Positions 1 to 11,317 of a stretch of 29,317 nucleotides of DNA are shown here, piece by piece; the first letter of the stretch is position 1; the number at the start of each line of letters is the position of its first letter. Under the pieces are notes generated by a model. It was not told the DNA's origin and did not search any database. It saw only the letters and a program-made list of their open reading frames with translations. The position numbers were made by a program, and so were the translations under genes. Source of the stretch: a virus (Duplodnaviria > Heunggongvirae > Uroviricota > Caudoviricetes); the IMG/VR virus record IMGVR_UViG_2872164251_000007, positions 1 through 29,317 of that record; one strand, written 5' to 3'.

Positions 1-858
1 ATGATGGCATTATTACTGGAGCCACTGCAGTTCACCTTTATGAGTCACGCACTGCTGATTTCACTGGTAGTTTCCATACCCTGTGCGCTGCTGTCGGTCT
101 TTCTGGTCCTGAAAGGTTGGGCACTGATGGGTGACGCGATGAGTCATGCGGTTTTTCCTGGCATCGTGCTTACCTGGATTCTGGGGTTACCTCTGGCTAC
201 AGGGGCATTCGTCGCCGGAGTATTCTGCGCGGTGGCGACGGGATACCTGAAAGACAACAGCCGAATCAAGCAAGATACAGTTATGGGGATTGTTTTTTCT
301 GGCATGTTTGCCGCAGGTCTGATCTTGTATATTGCAATTAAACCAGACGTACATCTTGACCATATTCTTTTCGGCGACATGCTCGGGATAACCATCGGCG
401 ATATAATCCAGACGGTGATTATTGCCGGGCTGGTTACACTTGTTATTAGCGTAAAATGGCGGGATTTTTTGCTGTTCAGCTTTGATTATCAACAGGCGCA
501 GGTAAGCGGTTTGCATACGAGATGGCTGCATTATGGGCTGCTGTGCATGGTTTCCCTGACCATTGTGGCGACGCTGAAAGCAGTAGGTATCATTCTCTCT
601 ATTTCTCTGCTCATTGCGCCTGGCGCCATTGCAGTACTCCTGACACAACGCTTTCATATTGCGCTCCTACTGGCGACTGGCATATCGGTAATAGTGTCAA
701 TGACTGGTGTCTGGCTGTCCTTTTTTATCGACAGCGCACCAGCTCCGACGATTGTCGTCTTATTCGCGGTCGTGTTCATCATGACGTTTACCGTTACCAG
801 CATCAACGCACGCACAAAGGGAAACGCCCATACACAGGATCTGTTATCACCCAATTAG
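1..858 (+). CDS. sitD: Metal (Mn/Fe) ABC transporter permease, SitD-like
   Basis: 285-aa ORF in the track; strongly hydrophobic multi-TM protein of the ABC-3 permease type; N-terminus matches my recollection of SitD from Shigella/pathogenic E. coli. ORF starts at base 1, so the 5' end may be clipped by the window. Confidence 0.7.
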   Translation: MMALLLEPLQFTFMSHALLISLVVSIPCALLSVFLVLKGWALMGDAMSHAVFPGIVLTWILGLPLATGAFVAGVFCAVATGYLKDNSRIKQDTVMGIVFSGMFAAGLILYIAIKPDVHLDHILFGDMLGITIGDIIQTVIIAGLVTLVISVKWRDFLLFSFDYQQAQVSGLHTRWLHYGLLCMVSLTIVATLKAVGIILSISLLIAPGAIAVLLTQRFHIALLLATGISVIVSMTGVWLSFFIDSAPAPTIVVLFAVVFIMTFTVTSINARTKGNAHTQDLLSPN

Positions 859-1205
859 CACAACATCCGAGGACAGCATCGTCCGCCAGCCTACAGAAGT
901 CCGGAAAGCCATGGAAGGTCGTTGGGAGGAGGTACGAATTCTATCATGCAAAAAATACGTAAAATCGATAACGCCTAGAAATCATTCAATACTCGCACTA
1001 TCGAAAGTTTACCAGCCAACCGCGGCACGTTCCTGCATACGACGTGCCGCAGCTTCTGTTATTCCACGATAAAATTCCTAACCGAATTCAAATCCTTCAG
1101 ACTATTCAGCTCTTCCTTCAGCTCCCGCTGACGGCGATAAATCTCATCGTTGCGATCGACCTGCGCCTGCACCGTAAGCGCCCCGAGAAGTACGTAGCGT
1201 AAGGA

Positions 1206-2807
1206 TTATTTTACAGACGAGAAGTTCCAGGGCAGCAGTTCATGCACTTGGTTCGACGGCCAGTCATTGAGCTTCTCGATCACTTCGCGCAACCAGTCCT
1301 CCGGCTCCACTTCGTTCTGTTTGCAGGTGACCAGCAGACTGTAGATGATCGCCGCACTTTCTCCTCCCTTGTCTGAGCCGAAAAAGAGATAATTTTTTCT
1401 TCCAACCGCCACCGATCGTAACGCGTTTTCACCGATGTTGTTGTCTATTTCCACCCAGCCGTCACGACAGAACTCGTTCAGCGCATTCCAGTGATTCAGG
1501 ATATAGTCGAACGCCTTCGCCATCTCCGCATGTTTCGACAGCGTTTTCCTCTGCAACTGTATCCAGTCGTACAACGACTGCATCAACTGGACGCTTCTGG
1601 CTTTTCTGACTGCAAGCCGTTCCTCTGCCGGACTGCCACGTATCTCCGCTTCTATGTCGTATAACTCTGCTATCCGTCTGAGCGCTTCCTGAGTCATTTC
1701 TGTCGGACGGCGCACATCCTCGTCATGGATTTTTCGGCGGGCGTGGGCCAGGCACCCGGCTTCCTTCACCCGGCCCGTTTCGTACAGTACGTTATAACCT
1801 GCATAGGCATCAGCCTGCAGTACGCCCTGATACTTTGCCAGGTGGAGCTGCGGATGTTCTCCTTTGCGATCTGCCGAATACGCGAACCAGACGGCTGCCG
1901 GCAGGGATGAACCCGCATTACGATCATCCCTGACGTATACCCACAGACGACCCGTTTTCGTCTTTCCGTTCCCCGGGGCCAGTACTTTCACCGGAGTGTC
2001 ATCTGCGTGCACCTTTCCTGCCTCCAGAACATAGTCATTCAGCGCTATATACAGAGGACGGAGTTTGTCTGCCATTTCTGATACCCAGCGCACCATGGTA
2101 TTACGGCTCAGCTCCACGCCCTGTCGCGCGTATATTTCTGACTGGCGATATAAAGGGATATGTTCCATATATTTGCTGACCAGGATCCGTGCAAGTAACC
2201 CTGCACTGGCATAACCGCGTTCGATCGGTTTAGGGGGAAGTGGTGCCTGAACGATGACATCACACCGGCTACAGGCCAGTTTGGGACGTATGGTTTCGAT
2301 AACTTTAAAGGCGGTATTAATGATATCCAGTTGCTCTGAGATTGTTTCCCCCATTTCTTTCAGAACACCTCCACAGGCCGGGCAACTGGTTTCAGCAGGC
2401 AGAAGGCGATGTGTCTCCCGGGGAAGTTCTGCCGGCAGCGGTTTTCGTGAAGATTTTCGTCCCGGGAATTCAGGCTTACTGGCGATCGGGTTTTCTGACG
2501 GGGGACTGGTGTCAGGTGAATCTGTGACTGACGATGCATCTTCCAGAAGATTTCTGGCTGTGTTCAGCCGGTTTTCCAGTTCCGACAGTCGTTTTTCTGC
2601 CTGTCGGATCTGATTTTCAAGCTTATGACGCTTTTTCTCTGAACTCTGGCCGAACAACATACGACGCAACCTGTCGAGTTGCGCTTTCAGCCGTTCAATT
2701 TCCTGCTCATAGCCCGCGACCTGACAGGCATACTGTCGAAGCCGACTCTGTTGCTTACGCAACATGGCTTTAAGCAGCTCAATATCATCGGGGAGTTCAT
2801 TGTTCAT
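1206..2807 (-). CDS. tnpC: IS66-family transposase TnpC (orf3)
   Basis: 533-aa ORF with N-terminal coiled-coil/leucine-zipper region and zinc-finger CxxC motifs typical of IS66 TnpC. Confidence 0.85.
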   Translation of the reverse strand: MNNELPDDIELLKAMLRKQQSRLRQYACQVAGYEQEIERLKAQLDRLRRMLFGQSSEKKRHKLENQIRQAEKRLSELENRLNTARNLLEDASSVTDSPDTSPPSENPIASKPEFPGRKSSRKPLPAELPRETHRLLPAETSCPACGGVLKEMGETISEQLDIINTAFKVIETIRPKLACSRCDVIVQAPLPPKPIERGYASAGLLARILVSKYMEHIPLYRQSEIYARQGVELSRNTMVRWVSEMADKLRPLYIALNDYVLEAGKVHADDTPVKVLAPGNGKTKTGRLWVYVRDDRNAGSSLPAAVWFAYSADRKGEHPQLHLAKYQGVLQADAYAGYNVLYETGRVKEAGCLAHARRKIHDEDVRRPTEMTQEALRRIAELYDIEAEIRGSPAEERLAVRKARSVQLMQSLYDWIQLQRKTLSKHAEMAKAFDYILNHWNALNEFCRDGWVEIDNNIGENALRSVAVGRKNYLFFGSDKGGESAAIIYSLLVTCKQNEVEPEDWLREVIEKLNDWPSNQVHELLPWNFSSVK

Positions 2808-2826
2808 TCCCTTGTTTTATCACGGG

Positions 2827-3174
2827 TTATATCCGGATGCCAGGCCGTTCTGTCCGTTTGGGATGTTGCCACGCGATCCCCTCCAGTAGCATGGATAACT
2901 GAGCTGGCGTCAGGTGCACTTTCCCTTCCCGGGTCACCGGCCAGACGAAGCGGCCCCGTTCCAGGCGTTTGGCGAACAGGCATAACCCGTCACGATCGGC
3001 CCACAGTATTTTCACCATTTTGCCACTGCGGCCCCGGAAGACGAAGATATGCCCGGAGAACGGGTCATCTTTCAGCGTGTTCTGCACCTTCGAAGCCAGG
3101 CCATTGAAGCCACAACGCATATCTGTGATGCCAGCGATGATCCAGATTTTGGTACCGGTCGGCAGCGTTATCAT
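2827..3174 (-). CDS. tnpB: IS66-family TnpB (orf2)
   Basis: 115-aa ORF immediately upstream of tnpC and overlapping tnpA stop by 4 nt; size and sequence typical of IS66 Orf2. Confidence 0.8.
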   Translation of the reverse strand: MITLPTGTKIWIIAGITDMRCGFNGLASKVQNTLKDDPFSGHIFVFRGRSGKMVKILWADRDGLCLFAKRLERGRFVWPVTREGKVHLTPAQLSMLLEGIAWQHPKRTERPGIRI

Positions 3175-3845
3175 CGGATACCCCCTTTCATTTCGCGGAT
3201 TAGCGCCCGTAACAGTTCCGGAGTGAGAGGGTCAAACAGTTTTACCACACCTGATTTAAGATGCAGCTCGCACCGTGGGACGTTTCCGGGAGCCCCCTCA
3301 GGGCGCTCATCATGCTTGTTACGCCAGAAGGGATTTGTAACTGGTCTGGTCGGCTCCGGCGTATCAGTCAGTGCCACCGGGACAGGCATGCATTCCTGTA
3401 TGTCATCATCGCTCAGTAAGCCGTCCTCGTACTGGCTTTTCCATTTAAACAGCAGGTTATTATTGATATCGTGTTCTCTGGCGATCCGGGCAACAACAGC
3501 CCCAGGCTGTAACGCCTGCTTAGCCAGACGGACCTTAAATTCACGGCTATAGCTGGTTCGCCGTTCTTTTCGCCATGAGCCTTCTCTGATTTGAGGCTCT
3601 GTTAATTCCTTCTTTCTGTTGGCATAAAGGATGGCGTCAAGTTGAGCGAATGAAACTGAATCGGGCAATGGCCATGCGATACCGGATGCAAGAAATCGCT
3701 GAAAAAGCGTATGTATTGTGGAATGACTGAGACCCAGACGCTGAGCGATGGCCCGGATGGTCAGTTTATCTTCAAATCTTAAACGCAGGGCATCAGGCAA
3801 ATAAGAACGGAAGCAGGGAATATCTTTTGTTGTCTGGGAATTCAT
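3171..3845 (-). CDS. tnpA: IS66-family TnpA (orf1), HTH accessory protein
   Basis: 224-aa ORF at the 5' side of the tnpB/tnpC pair, inside the IS66-type inverted repeats. Confidence 0.7.
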   Translation of the reverse strand: MNSQTTKDIPCFRSYLPDALRLRFEDKLTIRAIAQRLGLSHSTIHTLFQRFLASGIAWPLPDSVSFAQLDAILYANRKKELTEPQIREGSWRKERRTSYSREFKVRLAKQALQPGAVVARIAREHDINNNLLFKWKSQYEDGLLSDDDIQECMPVPVALTDTPEPTRPVTNPFWRNKHDERPEGAPGNVPRCELHLKSGVVKLFDPLTPELLRALIREMKGGIR

Positions 3846-3927
3846 CGTTCGTGTCCATCAATATAGATGGGCGCGATTGTTGCCAGACAGGACAATTTTC
3901 ACAAGACGTCGCTGATGGGGCGCTTAC

Positions 3928-4212
3928 CGTTACTCTAAAGAGTTCAAAGCCGAAGCTGTCAGAACGGTTCTTGAAAATCAACTTTCGATCAGTGAAGGCG
4001 CTTCCCGATTATCCCTTCCTGAAGGCACTTTAGGACAATGGGTTACCGCCGCCAGAAAAGGGCTCGGTACTCCTGGTTCCCGCACGGTGGCTGAACTGGA
4101 ATCTGAAATTCTGCAACTGCGTAAGGCGTTAAATGAAGCTCGCCTTGAGCGAGATATATTAAAAAAAGCAACAGCGTATTTTGCACAGGAGTCGCTGAAA
4201 AATACGCGTTAA
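3928..4212 (+). pseudogene. IS600 orfA, 5'-truncated (no start codon)
   Basis: Open frame encoding YSKEFKAEAV...KNTR identical in register to orfA of the complete copy, but beginning at the junction with the IS66-family element. Confidence 0.75.
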
Positions 4213-4247
4213 TCGAACAATGGCGACAACAATTTCCCATTGAAGCG

Positions 4248-5066
4248 ATGTGTCAGGTATTTGGTGTATCCAGGAGCGGTTATTACAACTGGGTACAGCA
4301 TGAACCCTCAGACAGAAAACAAAGTGATGAGCGGCTAAAACTGGAGATTAAGGTGGCACATATCCGCACTCGCGAAACATATGGAACCCGGCGGCTCCAG
4401 ACGGAGCTGGCAGAGAATGGCATCATCGTTGGTCGTGACCGACTGGCACGTCTTCGTAAGGAGCTGAGGCTACGCTGTAAGCAGAAACGCAAGTTCAGAG
4501 CGACTACGAACCCGAACCACAATCTGCCAGTTGCGCCAAATCTGCTGAACCAGACGTTCGCTCCTACAGCACCAAATCAGGTCTGGGTGGCGGACCTGAC
4601 GTATGTTGCCACACAGGAGGGATGGTTGTACCTCGCTGGCATCAAAGATGTTTATACGTGTGAAATTGTCGGCTACGCCATGGGAGAGCGCATGACAAAA
4701 GAGCTGACAGGTAAAGCCCTGTTTATGGCGCTCAGGAGCCAGCGCCCACCTGCCGGGCTAATCCACCACTCTGATCGAGGTTCACAGTACTGCGCATACG
4801 ATTACCGGGTCATACAGGAGCAGTTTGGTCTGAAAACATCAATGTCGCGTAAAGGTAACTGTTACGACAACGCTCCGATGGAAAGCTTCTGGGGAACGCT
4901 GAAAAATGAGAGCCTGAGCCACTATCGTTTTAATAACCGGGATGAAGCCATCTCAGTAATACGGGAATACATTGAGATTTTCTACAATCGTCAGCGTCGT
5001 CACTCTCGTCTGGGGAATATCTCCCCGGCAGCCTTCAGGGAAAAATATCATCAGATGGCTGCTTAA
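4248..5066 (+). CDS. IS600 orfB (DDE transposase catalytic domain)
   Basis: 272-aa ORF identical to orfB of the complete IS600 copy; IS3-family DDE region; normally expressed as an OrfAB fusion by frameshifting. Confidence 0.85.
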   Translation: MCQVFGVSRSGYYNWVQHEPSDRKQSDERLKLEIKVAHIRTRETYGTRRLQTELAENGIIVGRDRLARLRKELRLRCKQKRKFRATTNPNHNLPVAPNLLNQTFAPTAPNQVWVADLTYVATQEGWLYLAGIKDVYTCEIVGYAMGERMTKELTGKALFMALRSQRPPAGLIHHSDRGSQYCAYDYRVIQEQFGLKTSMSRKGNCYDNAPMESFWGTLKNESLSHYRFNNRDEAISVIREYIEIFYNRQRRHSRLGNISPAAFREKYHQMAA

Positions 5067-5109
5067 AAAAAGAACAAATGGTAGTGTCCGCTATTGCCAG
5101 TACACCTCA

Positions 5110-5297
5110 CCAGGCATGATGTCTTTTCCGGTGTGTCCGTGACATACAGTCCATACACCAATGATATCTTTGTATGGTATGTAGCTCACACCTTCCAGAC
5201 CATCGTTACCACCTGGGCCAGTGATTAACACAGATGCTATAGCAACAGCCCCGCCACCAATAGCAACTGCAACAGCCTTGCGTAATGATGGCGACAT
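5110..5297 (-). pseudogene. Phage endolysin (lysozyme with SAR-type N-terminal anchor), truncated after about 62 codons by IS600
   Basis: N-terminus [28 protein letters not shown]...[17 protein letters not shown] matches lambdoid (phage-21-type) SAR endolysins from memory; the reading frame runs into the IS600 right end at 5109. Confidence 0.75.
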
Positions 5298-5321
5298 TAT
5301 TCACCTCTCGCAGCCTTACGC

Positions 5322-5501
5322 TTATCTTCTCTTATTTTGCGTCAGATAAGTCAGAAGCCCCAGAAGCAGACTTCCCAGCACACCAATCGCAGCCCACTGT
5401 GATGGACTGACCTGATCCAACCACTGCAAAAACCAGTAGCCGGCACTGCCGGCGGCGGTGCCGTAGGCAATGCCCGTTGAAATTTTGTCCATGGATTTCA
5501 T
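5322..5501 (-). pseudogene. Phage holin (S21-type small holin), probably frameshifted near its 3' end
   Basis: [62 protein letters not shown]; a different frame across 5297-5340 encodes [13 protein letters not shown], which is the holin C-terminus I recall, ending in TAATG overlap with the endolysin start. RBS GGAGGTGAGG upstream. Confidence 0.6.
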
Positions 5502-5793
5502 AGCCTCACCTCCGCAAATAACGGATGGCGTAGTTTTACACTGAGAAATGAAAGGGATTTGAAAAGAAAAAAACGCAAAAGCGGGCGAAACGATATATAC
5601 AGTAAGGAAAGCACTCTATCCAACAAACCACCCACAGTTAATCGGAATAAAAGCAGAGTGCTTATGAATGATCGCACGCCCGAAGGTTAGTATTTCTGCA
5701 CAGCAATTTTGCAAAAAAAGGCGATCATTCATAACTTAAACGTCTTTCAGTCACTCCGGGATTTCCCATCATCGCAGACTGAAAGACTCTGAC

Positions 5794-5810
5794 TGGAGCG
5801 GGCAGCGGGA
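5794..5810. repeat. Candidate attR: 17-bp direct repeat of the tRNA-Gly 3' end
   Basis: TGGAGCGGGCAGCGGGA here versus TGGAGCGGGCGAAGGGA at 14705-14721 (10-bp perfect block, 14/17 overall); this copy restores correct acceptor/T-stem pairing if placed on the tRNA. Confidence 0.45.
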
Positions 5811-6058
5811 GCCTACGACAAATCGAAGACAACCAGCTAACCTATTGTTTCTTAAAGACAGGTGAATCCAGTTGGTTGTAGTGATAGTCACACATTTAGA
5901 GATAGAAGGTCAAGACTTGAAGCACGTAATATTCCCTCTAAAGGAATAGAACTCACGGTCTGACTACCCGGCCCTTTTGGTCTGGCTGAAGTGGCACACT
6001 GAATTTGGCCACCTGAACAGAGGTGATATGCTCACCTCAGAACAACACAGGTGCTCCA

Positions 6059-7227
<1,169 letters not shown>

Positions 7228-7309
7228 CCACTTCAGGCTCAGGTCAGGCTATGGGGGCTTTTGGCTCGCTCTTTATATTAGATGAGGTCTCACATTTTTC
7301 AGTCAAAAC

Positions 7310-7390
7310 TCATCGTCTAATAGCCCATAGCCAGACCACCAGTCCCAGCTTTAGCAGGAAGACCACGAGATAGACTTTGTGTAGGTCCAT
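7310..7390 (-). CDS. Small hydrophobic peptide (26 aa), candidate membrane peptide
   Basis: ATG preceded by AGGAGG at 5-nt spacing; product MDLHKVYLVVFLLKLGLVVWLWAIRR; last ORF of the minus-strand gene array. Below the ORF-track size cutoff. Confidence 0.25.
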   Translation of the reverse strand: MDLHKVYLVVFLLKLGLVVWLWAIRR

Positions 7391-7485
7391 TTGGCCCTCC
7401 TACTTTCTGTATTCACGAACTAGATTACTAGTACAAAATAAAGGCCAGACATCCAGTTCGGAAGTCTGACCAATAGTCGTTATTG

Positions 7486-8475
7486 TTAGTTAGCTTCTTT
7501 AGTGAAGCTCAGGCGTTTGACTACAGGCAGGACAGCAGTAGCCGAGCCAGTACCCATCTTGATGGTCGTAGCAGCTTCAGCTACAACAAACACCTTGCCG
7601 AGAATCTCAAGGTCGTGAGACTGGGAGTCTCCATCACGTGAAAGGACCACAGTAATGCTCTCGCCATCGTGACGGAAGCAACCGAAGCTCAGAGCCGTAA
7701 AACGCTTAGCCATCATGAACACGCCACGGTCTTCACCGTTGTAATAGGCGACGTCAGTCCCCAGCATATCGACGATAGCGTCTTCACCACCGAAGCCCTG
7801 CTTAGCAGCCAGACGGGAGAGAGCCTTGAGGTGTGACTCATGGGCGATAATGCCGTAGTCAGAAACCTCAGAACCGAAAGAAGACTCCGTGTTCTCGTAC
7901 AGGGCATCCATGATAGCGTCAGCCTTAGCGGTCAGGCTACCAGTCAGGGCCGGAAGTTCTACGGTCTTCAGCAGCTTTGAGGACTCCAGCACGTCAACCA
8001 TCTTAGAGTTAATGGTACGAATCACGTTATCGCAGATGTTCAGTGCGTCCTGCTGGAGCGTCCCCTGAGTGAAACCAGTGGTCGACTTCTGGTCCCAAAG
8101 CTTTGTTTGGTGAGACACGAGGATCGCCTGTTCAATCGGCTCAACGGTGATTTCAGCGCCAGACGGAGCGGTCACAACTTCAGGTCGCTTACCACCACGG
8201 ACAGGGACCAGCACAGAGCGGTCAGCCAGAGTGTGAGCAATGATTGGAGTCGGTAAGCTGTTACGGGTCGGCAGGACTTCTACAGGGAACGGGATGTTAT
8301 CTTGAGCGTCTTTAAGTACACCGTTCAGCATAGCCTTAACAGTCTTAGCTAACTGGAGGGCATAGACCTGAGGGTCGGCGTTAGTCGGAAGGCCCTCATT
8401 AACCTGAAGGTTGTCGTTGTCGGTGATATGAACAGGCTCAATGCCAAACTGGAAAGCGTTTTTAGTCATATTCAT
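7486..8475 (-). CDS. Hypothetical protein, 329 aa (island cargo; function unknown)
   Basis: Long ORF with AAGGAGA RBS about 10 nt upstream; co-oriented and tightly packed with the upstream 163-aa ORF; I cannot assign a family by eye. Confidence 0.6.
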   Translation of the reverse strand: MNMTKNAFQFGIEPVHITDNDNLQVNEGLPTNADPQVYALQLAKTVKAMLNGVLKDAQDNIPFPVEVLPTRNSLPTPIIAHTLADRSVLVPVRGGKRPEVVTAPSGAEITVEPIEQAILVSHQTKLWDQKSTTGFTQGTLQQDALNICDNVIRTINSKMVDVLESSKLLKTVELPALTGSLTAKADAIMDALYENTESSFGSEVSDYGIIAHESHLKALSRLAAKQGFGGEDAIVDMLGTDVAYYNGEDRGVFMMAKRFTALSFGCFRHDGESITVVLSRDGDSQSHDLEILGKVFVVAEAATTIKMGTGSATAVLPVVKRLSFTKEAN

Positions 8476-8558
8476 TATAATTAATCTCCTTGAGTCAAAT
8501 ACTTGAAGTCCCTAACAGGCAGTCAGGGACCGTGTGTTCTCAGATGAGGGACGCTTGC

Positions 8559-9050
8559 TTACAAGCTGTCCATCCAGTTACCGCCTGACTCAAGGTCAGC
8601 GACGATAGCGGCACGTGAGCGACCAGCGGAATGAGTAGCGCTGCGGAGGTTTTCACCATAGGTCCGGCGTTCAGCTTTGACCTGTTCGCGGCGCTGTAGC
8701 TCTTTTTGCCATTCGTCTTCGGTCATGAACATTTCGCGGGTACGCTCTTTCTGAGACGCTAGCTCTTTAGCGATACGCTCAGCTTCAGCTCGTTTGTTCA
8801 TCTGGCGGCGTTGGTAGGCGGTCATCAGGTCATTACTGAAGAAGTTACCAATGGTCACGCCAGCTTCAGCCAGAGCTTCCAGTAACTCCATCGCCTCGCG
8901 GCTGGTGGACGGTAAGCCTGACAGGTAGCCCGGAATGAGGGTCTTGATAGCGAGCGACAACGGATAGGACTGACCGTCCAGACTCACAGTGTTTTCATAA
9001 AGGTTGATGTCGGTGACTGACAGCTTCCAGTTGTTGTTGTTGAACATCAT
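8559..9050 (-). CDS. Hypothetical protein, 163 aa, with charged coiled-coil-like C-terminal half
   Basis: ORF with AGGAGA RBS 7 nt upstream of ATG; C-terminal half rich in E/R/K/Q. Confidence 0.6.
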   Translation of the reverse strand: MMFNNNNWKLSVTDINLYENTVSLDGQSYPLSLAIKTLIPGYLSGLPSTSREAMELLEALAEAGVTIGNFFSNDLMTAYQRRQMNKRAEAERIAKELASQKERTREMFMTEDEWQKELQRREQVKAERRTYGENLRSATHSAGRSRAAIVADLESGGNWMDSL

Positions 9051-9169
9051 AGGTAATTCTCCTCTTGAGAGTTGAGACTATCGGTATCGCAGGCACAGTA
9101 AGGCCTACGGGTCTCCCCGCATCGGTCATCTCAAAAGGTGTTTAAATTAGGTATTGAGTAGGTGAGCTA

Positions 9170-9346
9170 CTAACGGTTAAGCGGCAGTTTCATAGCGACC
9201 AGTTGGGCTATTAGCTCGTCTCGGGATTGGTGCTGGCGGGTCTCATCTTCCGGGTCTAGACCAAGCTCTCTGAGGAGGACTTCAGTCCGGTAGCCACGGT
9301 AACGGAGAGTCATGCGCCCCTCAGGTGTGCGCGGGTCAATCATCAT
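9170..9346 (-). CDS. Small ORF, 58 aa
   Basis: Starts ATGATG one nucleotide after the Rha-family stop, GGAGGG about 7 nt upstream; product MMIDPRTPEGRMTLRYRGYRTEVLLRELGLDPEDETRQHQSRDELIAQLVAMKLPLNR. Below the ORF-track cutoff. Confidence 0.3.
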   Translation of the reverse strand: MMIDPRTPEGRMTLRYRGYRTEVLLRELGLDPEDETRQHQSRDELIAQLVAMKLPLNR

Positions 9347-10103
9347 CTTAGATTCCCTCCACCTTACCGGATTGTGCCAGCTTCAGGAGGTGCTCTTGCT
9401 TCTGCTGGTCGGTGCCAGTGAATGCAATAAGGATGCCTCGCATCTTGTCAACCATCTCAGGCTTACCGAAGACCTCCAGCCCCTTAGCGTTGAACCGGAA
9501 GTTATACCCACCTGCTGAGAACTTCTGGTCTGACGGCTTAATGATACGAAAGCAGTCGGAATACTTCGGATTTACAGACCACTCGTTACTGATTGGGTTC
9601 TTACGAAAGAGGCCACGATGCTGGAGAAGTGCGGTCATTAGCTTCTGAGCGGGCAGACCATAGGTTTTGCAGTAGTCGCCCCAAGTCACGCCTCGGCGGT
9701 TAGCGGACTGAATGGCTGCTCGCTTCTTCTGGTCTTCCAGTTGAAGGACTCGACGCTCTAACGTCTGAATATGGTCGTAACACTTGGCGCGGAGGTGAAC
9801 GGAATAGCCAGCGACCAGAATGAAAGTATGCTTACGGTCGAGACGATACAGCGGCTGCTGTTTCCCCTGCGCGTTTAGATAGACATCTTCAGTCACCCCG
9901 ATATGACTGCTCAGTTTTGAGCACTGCTCAGTTTTGAGCGCGTTAAGCTCCTCAGCCATATTGCGAATATCACGCAGGACATTTCGGTGCTCCTTGCCTG
10001 TCAGCTCAGCAATTTCAACTGAGGTCATGGAGACAAGCTGGTCGAGGTTTGAACCGCCCCGGGAATCCTGGAGACTAAACTTCCTGAGAAAGAGGTAAAC
10101 AGG

Positions 10104-10430
10104 ATGACTAAAAATACTCGTTTTTCCCCCGAAGTCCGTCAACGGGCAGTCCGTATGGTTCTGGAAAGTCAGGGCGAATATGACTCACAATGGGCGACAA
10201 TTTGTTCCATTGCTCCAAAGATTGGCTGTACGCCGGAGACTCTGCGTGTCTGGGTTCGCCAGCATGAGCGGGATACCGGGGGCGGTGATGGAGGGCTCAC
10301 CACCGCTGAACGTCAGCGTCTGAAAGAGCTGGAGCGTGAAAATCGTGAACTGCGCCGCAGTAACGATATCCTTCGCCAGGCTTCCGCTTATTTTGCGAAG
10401 GCGGAGTTCGACCGCCTCTGGAAAAAATGA
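10104..10430 (+). CDS. IS629 orfA
   Basis: 108-aa [24 protein letters not shown]... with HTH and leucine-zipper features. Confidence 0.85.
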   Translation: MTKNTRFSPEVRQRAVRMVLESQGEYDSQWATICSIAPKIGCTPETLRVWVRQHERDTGGGDGGLTTAERQRLKELERENRELRRSNDILRQASAYFAKAEFDRLWKK

Positions 10431-11317
10431 TGCCACTGCTGGATAAGCTGCGTGAGCAGTACGGGGTCGGACCGCTATGCAGCGAACTGCATATTGCCCC
10501 GTCAACGTATTACCACTGTCAGCAACAGCGACATCATCCGGATAAACGCAGTGCCCGTGCGCAGCGCGATGACTGGCTGAAGAAAGAGATACAGCGCGTA
10601 TACGATGAAAATCACAAGGTATACGGTGTGCGTAAAGTCTGGCGTCAGTTGTTACGGGAAGGTATCAGAGTGGCCAGATGCACTGTGGCACGTCTCATGG
10701 CGGTTATGGGACTTGCCGGTGTTCTCCGGGGTAAAAAGGTCCGTACGACCATCAGCCGGAAAGCCGTTGCCGCAGGCGACCGCGTAAACCGTCAGTTCGT
10801 GGCAGAACGACCTGACCAGCTGTGGGTGGCTGATTTTACTTACGTCAGCACATGGCAGGGCTTCGTCTATGTGGCGTTCATCATTGATGTGTTTGCCGGA
10901 TGCATCGTGGGGTGGCGGGTCTCATCGTCCATGGAAACGACATTCGTGCTGGATGCACTGGAGCAGGCGTTATGGGCCCGTCGACCGTCCGGCACGGTCC
11001 ATCACAGTGATAAAGGTTCTCAGTATGTATCGCTGGCCTACACACAGCGGCTTAAGGAAGCCGGATTACTGGCATCAACAGGAAGTACAGGCGACTCGTA
11101 TGACAACGCGATGGCGGAGAGCATCAATGGTCTTTACAAAGCGGAGGTAATACACCGTAAGAGCTGGAAAAACCGTGCAGAAGTGGAACTGGCCACACTA
11201 ACGTGGGTGGACTGGTATAACAATCGACGATTGCTGGAAAGGCTGGGCCACATCCCTCCGGCAGAAGCAGAAAAAGCTTATTATGCTTCCATCGGAAACG
11301 ATGATCTGGCAGCCTGA
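10427..11317 (+). CDS. IS629 orfB (DDE transposase domain)
   Basis: 296-aa ORF overlapping orfA end; IS3-family DDE region. Confidence 0.85.
   Translation: MMPLLDKLREQYGVGPLCSELHIAPSTYYHCQQQRHHPDKRSARAQRDDWLKKEIQRVYDENHKVYGVRKVWRQLLREGIRVARCTVARLMAVMGLAGVLRGKKVRTTISRKAVAAGDRVNRQFVAERPDQLWVADFTYVSTWQGFVYVAFIIDVFAGCIVGWRVSSSMETTFVLDALEQALWARRPSGTVHHSDKGSQYVSLAYTQRLKEAGLLASTGSTGDSYDNAMAESINGLYKAEVIHRKSWKNRAEVELATLTWVDWYNNRRLLERLGHIPPAEAEKAYYASIGNDDLAA

Larger units (their letters stand above)
1174..3927 (-). mobile_element. IS66-family insertion sequence (three-ORF organisation), about 2.75 kb
   Basis: Terminal inverted repeats: GTAAGCGCCCC at 1174-1184 and its reverse complement at 3917-3927; contains tnpA-tnpB-tnpC-like ORFs on the minus strand. 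No matching target duplication at the flanks. Confidence 0.8.
3928..5109 (+). mobile_element. IS600 (IS3 family), 5'-truncated copy abutting the IS66-family element
   Basis: Near-identical to the complete IS600 copy at 27618-28881 from its position 27700 onward; the first 82 bp including the orfA start are missing; right end ...TACACCTCA at 5109. Confidence 0.85.

Noticed and set aside
144-962. Several track ORFs overlapping the sitD-like gene on the opposite strand or in other frames (144-395, 187-657, 522-962, 654-854)
   Set aside because: They lie antisense to or nested in a strongly supported membrane-protein gene, have no RBS, and look like frame artefacts of GC-rich coding sequence.
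1725-3552. Plus-strand ORFs inside the IS66-family element (1725-1910, 2254-2613, 2342-2527, 2534-2773, 2679-3107, 2969-3226, 3049-3552)
   Set aside because: All overlap the minus-strand tnpA/tnpB/tnpC genes; antisense frames with no independent support.
5502-5986. Looked for Shiga-toxin genes (stxA/stxB) between the tRNA cluster and the holin
   Set aside because: No ORF resembling StxA or StxB is present; the interval is occupied by the integrase island and IS elements.
7486-8475. Calling the 329-aa protein a T7-type major capsid protein
   Set aside because: I see no recognisable similarity to T7 gp10 by eye; the capsid idea is kept only as a hypothesis in the findings.
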